DNA of 41,231 nt, taken from assembly GCA_035249405.1 (NCBI GenBank), contig DATFGN010000037.1, positions 1 through 41,231 on the forward strand. The letters run 5' to 3'. Positions 8,754-14,687 of this stretch are shown here, in pieces. The stretch's first letter is position 1, and every line of letters begins with the position of its first letter. The stretch is from Gemmatimonadales bacterium. GTDB lineage: Bacteria > Gemmatimonadota > Gemmatimonadetes > Gemmatimonadales > GWC2-71-9. The position numbers and the translations under genes are program-made. The notes under the pieces are model-generated. The model did no database searches and was not told the DNA's origin. It was given only the letters and a program-made list of their open reading frames with translations.

Positions 8754-9140
8754 TCAACACCAAGCACGCACGTGATGTCCTTCCGAGGGCGCGTAGCGCC
8801 CGAGGAACCTCAAGTCTCCCTGGTCTGGGACTCCAGATCGAGAGGTTCCAGGCTCCCTGGTCTGGGACTCCAGATCGAGAGGTTCCAGTCTCCGTGGTCT
8901 GGGACTTCGTTCGCCCTGACCAACGCCACCTGCCCATGGAGCTTTGAGGTCCCTCGCCCCTTCGCTGGCGCTCAGGGGCTCGGGATGACAACCGTTGTTT
9001 TGAATGAAGCAGGAAGGACAAGGGTAGATCGTGCCCGCAGCGCGCCCCAGCTCGAGCGGCGTACCGCTGGATTGGGCCGACGCCCTGGAGGCCAGAGCGA
9101 ACGTGAGTAGCGCGCTCAGCCGAACGAGGATTCTGCCCAT
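8754..9140 (-). CDS. possible small secreted Cys-containing protein (weak call)
   Basis: N-terminus MGRILVRLSALLTFALASRASAQ is a plausible signal peptide, followed by YPCPSCFIQNNGCH. The first ~50 codons show moderate GC3 bias. The 3' half reads through the 37-bp tandem repeat, whose period is not a multiple of 3, so the real extent and reality are uncertain. Confidence 0.3.
   Translation of the reverse strand: MGRILVRLSALLTFALASRASAQSSGTPLELGRAAGTIYPCPSCFIQNNGCHPEPLSASEGARDLKAPWAGGVGQGERSPRPRRLEPLDLESQTREPGTSRSGVPDQGDLRFLGRYAPSEGHHVRAWC
8807..8909. repeat. 37-bp tandem direct repeat, ~2.8 copies
   Basis: Unit GGTTCCAGGCTCCCTGGTCTGGGACTCCAGATCGAGA sits at 8844-8880. A near-identical copy precedes it (8807-8843, divergent in its first ~9 nt). 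A partial copy follows (8881-8909, GGTTCCAGTCTCCGTGGTCTGGGACTTCG). Each unit holds short self-complementary pieces (CCAGG..CCTGG, TCTGG..CCAGA). Confidence 0.85.
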
Positions 9141-9212
9141 GGACGGTCCTTGGTGGGGAATACAGCAATGATGAGCGAGGCAGGCTGACCGTTGCGCGAG
9201 GGTGACTGCTTG

Positions 9213-9803
9213 CTACTGCTTGACCCAGGTGGATCGCAGGTCCCAGGTCACGGAGCGGACCAGGCGGTTCACCAGCTGCCCGTACGCCTCATCGGGATCG
9301 CGGGCGGAGAACACCGGCACTCCTCCCACGATCGTCAGGTCCCCGACCTTTTCGGTGCGGGACGCGCTGGCGCGCCACAGCGTGCCGCCGGTCTTCGTAG
9401 AGCGCAGTTCCACGGACAACTCCGCCGAAAGCGTTGCCTCCACGCGGGCCAGCGCGAATGAAAGCAAGCCGCCCTTCGGCTTTACGTCGGATACCCGGAG
9501 TCGCCCCAGGAACACGACGGGGACGCCGCGCGCCCCGGCGAGCGCTGCGCCTGAGTCGGCGGGCTGGAACCGCTGCACCTCGATGCCCCGTTGCGCGGCG
9601 AGCACGGACTCCTCAAAGCGGGTGGTGACCAGTTCGTCCAGTCCTCCCCGGGCACCCTCGACACTGAACTTGACCAGTCCCACGCTGCCATAGGGGACCA
9701 GATCGAGTTGCGGCGGGACGAGGACACGATGCGACGCGCAAGCGGTGCCGGCCAAGGAAGCCAGGACGAGAGCGGTTGCGGGCGATAACGGTGATCGCGG
9801 CAT
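9213..9803 (-). CDS. hypothetical lipoprotein
   Basis: N-terminus MPRSPLSPATALVLASLAGTAC combines a signal peptide with the lipobox LAGTAC. The coding bias is good. No family recognised. Confidence 0.7.
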   Translation of the reverse strand: MPRSPLSPATALVLASLAGTACASHRVLVPPQLDLVPYGSVGLVKFSVEGARGGLDELVTTRFEESVLAAQRGIEVQRFQPADSGAALAGARGVPVVFLGRLRVSDVKPKGGLLSFALARVEATLSAELSVELRSTKTGGTLWRASASRTEKVGDLTIVGGVPVFSARDPDEAYGQLVNRLVRSVTWDLRSTWVKQ

Positions 9804-9832
9804 GCGGGCTACATTGGCTCAGGTTCGGTCCA

Positions 9833-12247
9833 ATGTCCACTACCTTGCCGCGCTGCCTCCTCGTTCTCTTCGTCCTCGTGGGCGACGCCGCCGCTCAGGC
9901 GCCTCCCCCCGTCGCCCGGCGCGACACGCAACACATCTCCGCCCTGCTCACCATCAGCGGCGGCATCAGCCTCGGCTCCTACGAAGCCGGAGTGAACTGG
10001 GGGCTGCTCGAGGTCTTCAAGCTCACCGCCCGCGATTCGCTGCGCCGCGCCTGGAACCTGCCGCGCTACGAATTGAAAGCCATGGCGGGAGCCTCGGCCG
10101 GCAACATCAACGGCTTCCTCGCTGCCCTCGAATGGTGCCGCACCCGGGAGCCCGTCGCTCCCGAACAGAGTCTTCTGTGGAAGATCTGGGTGCGCACCGG
10201 ATTCGATCAGCTGTTCCCCCTCGAACGCTACAACCAGCCCGACTCGACCCAGGCGCTGTTCAGCCGGCGCTACTTCCAACGGGTGTTATTCGATACCGTG
10301 CGCGCCGCGATGCGCGACCTGCCTTCATCGGATGCCCTGGACGGCTGCAACATTCCCGTCGGCGTCACCATCACCAAGCTCACGCCCGGCGAGATCTCGA
10401 TCTCGCGCGGCATCACGGCGGTGACGCAACGTTTCGCGACGGTGGTGGTGGTGAATCGGCAGGGCAATGCGGTCCGGTTCCGGGCGCCGCCCGGCGAGCT
10501 GATCGGCAACAGCCGGCTCGGCGCGCTGCTGTTGTTACCGGATTGCGAGGGTGCCATCGAGCCCAACGACGTCTTCTCGCTGATCGAAGCGTCGTCAGCG
10601 TTTCCCGGTGCCTTCTCGCCGGTCTCCCTGCGCCACCAGTCGCGGCCGGGGACAGGATGCGGCTCCGCGCCCCCCTTGGGCGATAGTGCGCTGTTCTCCG
10701 ACGGCGGCCTGTTCGACAACAATCCCATCGACCTCGTGGCGGGGATCTATACCGACGCGATCTGGATGAACCGCGAGCGACCCGACCCCAACGCCCTGCT
10801 CGTATTCATCGACCCCGAAGCGCTGCGCGGCCGGCTCGCGCGGGTCGAGAAGCAACGGGCGCAGCCGGCCACCGGTGGCATCTCCGCACTGATGGACCTG
10901 TTCGCGGGCGCCGTGCCCGCCGCCAGGCAGTACGAGCTGCAGGCCTTCGGGCGGCTCCTCGCCCGGGCTCCCCAGGTATTCCAACGGGACAATATCGACG
11001 TCACCAATCGCCGCTTCGTCGTCGTCGGGCAACAGTTGGGCGCGTTCGCCGCGTTCCTGGGGCAGCCGTTTCGCGAATACGACTTCTATGTCGGCGTCTA
11101 CGATGCCCTCGCTTTCATCGCCCGCGAAGGCTGCCGCACGACCCAGGGCGTGGATTCGACCTGCCAGGCCGGCCGGTTGCAAACCCTCGTGGAAACGTCG
11201 CAACTCAACCTCGGCGCAAGCAGTTTCCCGCGCGAAATGCTCCGCGAGCTGTATCAGCGTGAGTACGCCGACAGCACCGCGAAGCCCGACAGTCACCGCG
11301 ACGTACTGCTCCGTCCATTACTGCTCCGTGCTCTGTTAGACGCTCACCTCGCCCAGGACCAGGAGAAACCGTTCGACAACGCGATCTGTCGCGGCGACGC
11401 CGTCAGTCGTCTCCTCTGCCGCGATGGCTTTCGCGACATCCTGGGTCGCGTCGCAGCCGATTCGGCGATTCACGCCCTCATCGACTCGGCCCGGCGACAA
11501 CCGCGCCCCGAGTGCGAGCCCGAGAATTGGCTCGAGTCGCCGGCCCGGTGTGACGCGACTACGAGCTTCCTGGCGTTCGTCGACAATCCCGAACGGTTCA
11601 TGGCCAGCCAGATCGGCCTCATGCTGCACCAGCTGTGGCGGGTCGAGCAGGCCCGCCGGCAGGCCGGGGTGACGGCGTGGACCAATGTCGCGACCCTGAG
11701 CGAGGCCCTGTACCAGTCGGGCATCGGGTATCGCTACCGCCGCGGCTTCGACGCCAACACCTCGTCTGTGCCGAGGGGGTCGGGACGAGGCTGGATCGCG
11801 ACGCTCGTTCCCAACTACGCGACGGTCAGTCTCCTGAGCTCTGGGTTCGAGATCGGGTACCGGCCCACTGTGCACCTCGGCCGATCGCTCGCTCTTGGCC
11901 TGACCGCTTCGCCACTCCACGTGACCGGCCACCCCGCCACGCAAGTCGACCGGGTGCACTGGGTGATGGGACCGGCGCTGCACTGGAAGCGCTCCACCGC
12001 CATCTGGTCCGGGCTGGAAACCGGGGTCGAGTACTTCGGGCACTGGCGTCGCCGCCCGGCCGGGAGTTCCAATGCCACGGTTTGGGCGGTGCCCGTCACC
12101 GCCTACCTGCTCGCCGACAAGCTGCGCATCGGCGTGCGCCTGCTGCCCGGCAACAATTCCGCTATACACGGCGGCAAGAAGATCGCGCTGACCTTGGGGC
12201 TCTCGGACCTGAATGGGCTGGTGTACTGGATGCTGCGGAGGTCGTGA
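9833..12247 (+). CDS. patatin-like phospholipase family protein with signal peptide and long C-terminal extension
   Basis: Start taken at ATG 9833 (MSTTLPRCLLVLFVLVGDAAAQA); the longest ORF starts at 9776. Motifs are the oxyanion-hole-like SGGISLGSYEAG, the GxSxG nucleophile elbow GASAGNING, and the catalytic Asp context FSDGGLFDNNPID. About 450 further residues follow, and the last ~170 are beta-strand-like. Confidence 0.9.
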   Translation: MSTTLPRCLLVLFVLVGDAAAQAPPPVARRDTQHISALLTISGGISLGSYEAGVNWGLLEVFKLTARDSLRRAWNLPRYELKAMAGASAGNINGFLAALEWCRTREPVAPEQSLLWKIWVRTGFDQLFPLERYNQPDSTQALFSRRYFQRVLFDTVRAAMRDLPSSDALDGCNIPVGVTITKLTPGEISISRGITAVTQRFATVVVVNRQGNAVRFRAPPGELIGNSRLGALLLLPDCEGAIEPNDVFSLIEASSAFPGAFSPVSLRHQSRPGTGCGSAPPLGDSALFSDGGLFDNNPIDLVAGIYTDAIWMNRERPDPNALLVFIDPEALRGRLARVEKQRAQPATGGISALMDLFAGAVPAARQYELQAFGRLLARAPQVFQRDNIDVTNRRFVVVGQQLGAFAAFLGQPFREYDFYVGVYDALAFIAREGCRTTQGVDSTCQAGRLQTLVETSQLNLGASSFPREMLRELYQREYADSTAKPDSHRDVLLRPLLLRALLDAHLAQDQEKPFDNAICRGDAVSRLLCRDGFRDILGRVAADSAIHALIDSARRQPRPECEPENWLESPARCDATTSFLAFVDNPERFMASQIGLMLHQLWRVEQARRQAGVTAWTNVATLSEALYQSGIGYRYRRGFDANTSSVPRGSGRGWIATLVPNYATVSLLSSGFEIGYRPTVHLGRSLALGLTASPLHVTGHPATQVDRVHWVMGPALHWKRSTAIWSGLETGVEYFGHWRRRPAGSSNATVWAVPVTAYLLADKLRIGVRLLPGNNSAIHGGKKIALTLGLSDLNGLVYWMLRRS

Positions 12248-12336
12248 CGAGCCGGCCGACAGCCCTTCCTGTTCATGAGACATGAAACCGACCAGATTCA
12301 CTTGAAGCTCGTCCGTCACCGAACCCCAGGGGATTC

Positions 12337-12612
12337 ATGGATCAGGATCAATTGCACCAGCGCCTGGCTCAGCTCCACGCTGAGCTCATCGCCGCCAAGC
12401 CGGTCGATGTCGAGACCCGCGACCGCCTGGAAGTGCTCGCCCGGGACATCCGCGCCGTGCTCGATGCGAACCCGAAACCGGCGTCGGTTGAGCCGTATCA
12501 GGCCGTGGGGACCAAACTGAAGGAAGCCGTCGCCGGCTTCGAGGCCTCACATCCCCAATTGAGCAAGACGATCGAGAACGTGATCGAGACGCTGTCGCTG
12601 TACAATCTCTGA
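12337..12612 (+). CDS. DUF4404 family protein
   Basis: The 91-aa product reads QLHQRLAQLHAEL...VDVETRDRLEVLARDIRAVL...LKEAVAGFEASHPQLSKTIENVIETL, matching the DUF4404 pattern as I recall it. GGGGA lies 4 nt upstream of the ATG. Confidence 0.75.
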   Translation: MDQDQLHQRLAQLHAELIAAKPVDVETRDRLEVLARDIRAVLDANPKPASVEPYQAVGTKLKEAVAGFEASHPQLSKTIENVIETLSLYNL

Positions 12613-12692
12613 CCTGCTCGCCCCCTCGCAGCTATGACGGATGCGCTCACCAGTCCTACCCAGTCGGCTCGAGATCGGAGTTGCCTGCCAGG

Positions 12693-12818
12693 CTGCGCAT
12701 CGGCGTTCGCGTGCTCCCCGGCAACAATTCCGCCGTACACGGCGGCAAGAGGATCGCGCTCACGTTGGGGCTCTCGGACCTGAACGGGCTGGTCTACTGG
12801 ATGTTGCGGAAGTCGTGA
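12693..12818 (+). pseudogene. displaced copy of the last 41 codons plus stop of a patatin-like gene (no start, no upstream ORF)
   Basis: 12692-12824 aligns without gaps to 12121-12253, the 3' end of the patatin gene, at about 90% identity. In frame it reads LRIGVRVLPGNNSAVHGGKRIALTLGLSDLNGLVYWMLRKS*, against LRIGVRLLPGNNSAIHGGKKIALTLGLSDLNGLVYWMLRRS* in the intact gene. Confidence 0.8.
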
Positions 12819-12849
12819 CGAGCCCTGGCGCCGTCCATTGCGCGCCTTG

Positions 12850-13452
12850 CTACGCGGGGCTGAACGGCAGTTGCGCCAGCCTCTTGACCCTTCTCCCAGT
12901 GATCCGCAGGCCTACTTGGATGACGTTGTCCGTATAGTTGTCCTCCCTGACACGGCGCCGCCCGTTCCGTCGTTTTGGATTAGTCTCGGCCTGAAGAACG
13001 TAGTCACCATCAGGCAGGTCGGTGATGTCGACCCATTGGCAATCGAGATCCCGCGAGTAGAGGTCGTACCAGCCGGCAGATACGCCCTGGTTGTCACAGT
13101 TGAACCGCTTGCGCTTGCGAGCTACCGGACCCTTCCAACGAGTGTCTTCAAGGCAGAAGCCTTGCTTTTGGCCGCGTTTGCGCCCGCCACCGGATCCAAA
13201 GACTGTGTACTGGTTGAAACCCTTGAGGTGGTAGTGCTTGTGACAATCCGAGTACTCAAACCAGCGAGGGCGCTGTGTTGGGTCGCCGATGTGGAGGTCT
13301 TTGTTCCCCGCGTTCCAGACTCTGTAGTCGAAGCGCAAAAGCTTCCGTTTACCGGGCTTCGTGCATCTCTCCTTGACCGCACAATGTTTCTTCTCAAAAG
13401 TGCGAACCTGGATCTTGAACCGCCCAATCAGAGGAATCAAGTTCACGCCCAT
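12850..13452 (-). CDS. lysyl oxidase-like (LOX catalytic domain, copper amine oxidase with LTQ cofactor) protein
   Basis: Collinear with the animal LOX catalytic domain as I recall it. Matching blocks are LLRFDYRVWNAGNKD, CHKHYH (Cu-binding HxHxH), GQKQGFCLEDT (LTQ Lys context), GWYDLY (LTQ Tyr context), DCQWVDITDLPDGDY and DNYTDNV. GC is visibly lower than in the flanks. Confidence 0.85.
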   Translation of the reverse strand: MGVNLIPLIGRFKIQVRTFEKKHCAVKERCTKPGKRKLLRFDYRVWNAGNKDLHIGDPTQRPRWFEYSDCHKHYHLKGFNQYTVFGSGGGRKRGQKQGFCLEDTRWKGPVARKRKRFNCDNQGVSAGWYDLYSRDLDCQWVDITDLPDGDYVLQAETNPKRRNGRRRVREDNYTDNVIQVGLRITGRRVKRLAQLPFSPA

Positions 13453-13525
13453 TGGTTAACCCAGCCTCTCGTCTACTGTCGCTACGCCGCGCGTGTTCGC
13501 GCCATACCGCCTTGGGCTCCGCACG

Positions 13526-14056
13526 TCAGTAGAGCACTCCGAGTTGAATCGTCACGAACCGTGTCACCGGCTTCGATTGCACCTGGTGCAGGTCGAGCCC
13601 GAACTCCAGCCTGATCACACCGACGGATACTTGCTCACCGACACCGATGTTGAGCCCGGACTTCGCGGGTCCCGACTTTGGCCAATAGACGCCAGGGCCG
13701 GCCTGCACATATGGTCGTGGCCCGGCGCCTGGTGCGACAACCTGCAGGTTCACGGAAGCGTTAATCCAACGCGGATGCTCGATCCCCGTAGCAATCTCCG
13801 CAGTGAATTGGTTCAAACCCACCAACAGCTTCGCGTACAAGGCCGCACCAGTGGGAAGGCGCTTTTGTAGGCGATAACTCAGGTCCACGTCGACGTGGAT
13901 GTTGGCGTCACTGAGTGAATCGAGAATCCCCAGCGGGTGCGCCGAGCCGATGTGAAAACTGGAACTGACCCTTTTCACGCGCGCCTGCGCCTGCGTCAGC
14001 CCTCCAAAGCCGGCAACAACCAGTAGGACGAGGAGACTGCGGGCTGCGGTCTTCAT
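13526..14056 (-). CDS. small outer-membrane beta-barrel protein (OmpW/OmpX-size class)
   Basis: Start taken at ATG 14056 (MKTAARSLLVLLVVAGFGGLTQAQA signal peptide); a GTG lies at 14062. The sequence shows an alternating beta-strand pattern and ends ...IQLGVLY with an aromatic terminal residue. It lies 73 nt upstream of the LOX-like gene on the same strand. Confidence 0.7.
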   Translation of the reverse strand: MKTAARSLLVLLVVAGFGGLTQAQARVKRVSSSFHIGSAHPLGILDSLSDANIHVDVDLSYRLQKRLPTGAALYAKLLVGLNQFTAEIATGIEHPRWINASVNLQVVAPGAGPRPYVQAGPGVYWPKSGPAKSGLNIGVGEQVSVGVIRLEFGLDLHQVQSKPVTRFVTIQLGVLY

Positions 14057-14260
14057 GGCCACGCCTCGGTAGTGGAGTTGTTAGGCATGCTAGCCGAGGG
14101 TGGTCAATTGGCGGTCAATCGATCCCGCCTACGTACGTATCTCGATCATCGATTGTTCGCGACGTGAGACGACGTGTCTCAGGGTTGACCACATCGCTCG
14201 CATCTTACGCGTCCAGTTTTTCGCGACGGCGCAGTCGTATCGATTGGAGAGGAGGCACGT

Positions 14261-14593
14261 ATGTCCGGCTGGTTCGAGCTGAAGCCCGCAGTAGGCGGTC
14301 AGTTCATGTTCAATCTCAAAGCAGGGAACGGGAAGGTCATCTTGACGAGCGAGCTGTACAAGGCGAAGCAAAGCGCGAAAAAGGGTATCACCTCGGTCAA
14401 GAACAACTCCCCCAACGATGGTCGCTACGATCGTCAGACCGCGAGCAATGGCGAGAAGTACTTCGAGCTCAAGGCTGGCAGCGGTGAATCCGTGGGGATC
14501 AGCGAGCTGTACACCGGCCCGTCTGGTATGGAGAAGGGCATCGCCGCCGTGAAGAAGGCGGCACCCGGTGGAACGATCAAAGACCGTACATAG
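14261..14593 (+). CDS. YegP family protein (two DUF1508 repeats)
   Basis: Strong SD GGAGAGGAGG lies upstream of the ATG. Two repeats are present: FELKPAVGGQFMFNLKAGNGKVILTSELYKAKQSAKKGITSV and YFELKAGSGESVGISELYTGPSGMEKGIAAV. Confidence 0.9.
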   Translation: MSGWFELKPAVGGQFMFNLKAGNGKVILTSELYKAKQSAKKGITSVKNNSPNDGRYDRQTASNGEKYFELKAGSGESVGISELYTGPSGMEKGIAAVKKAAPGGTIKDRT

Positions 14594-14610
14594 TAGATCT
14601 GCGACACGCC

Positions 14611-14633
14611 GGTGGGCGCGCCGTCCGCCCACC
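14611..14633. terminator. GC-rich hairpin between convergent genes (possible terminator)
   Basis: GGTGGGCG-cgccgtc-CGCCCACC has an 8-bp perfect stem and a 7-nt loop. There is no clear U-tract. It sits between the yegP-like stop (14593) and the kinase stop (14688). Confidence 0.35.
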
Positions 14634-14687
14634 ACGGGGTCTCGCCCCTAATTGGACTCGGCGTCATCCACCAGCCTGCTGGTCAGC

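Noticed and set aside
8807-8909. Possibility that the 37-bp repeats are a CRISPR array.
   Set aside because: The copies are directly adjacent with no spacers, there are only ~2.8 of them, and no cas genes are in the window.
12838-13614. A 258-aa plus-strand ORF across the LOX region.
   Set aside because: It is antisense to the minus-strand ORF, which shows block-by-block lysyl-oxidase motifs. The plus-strand product has no recognisable features.
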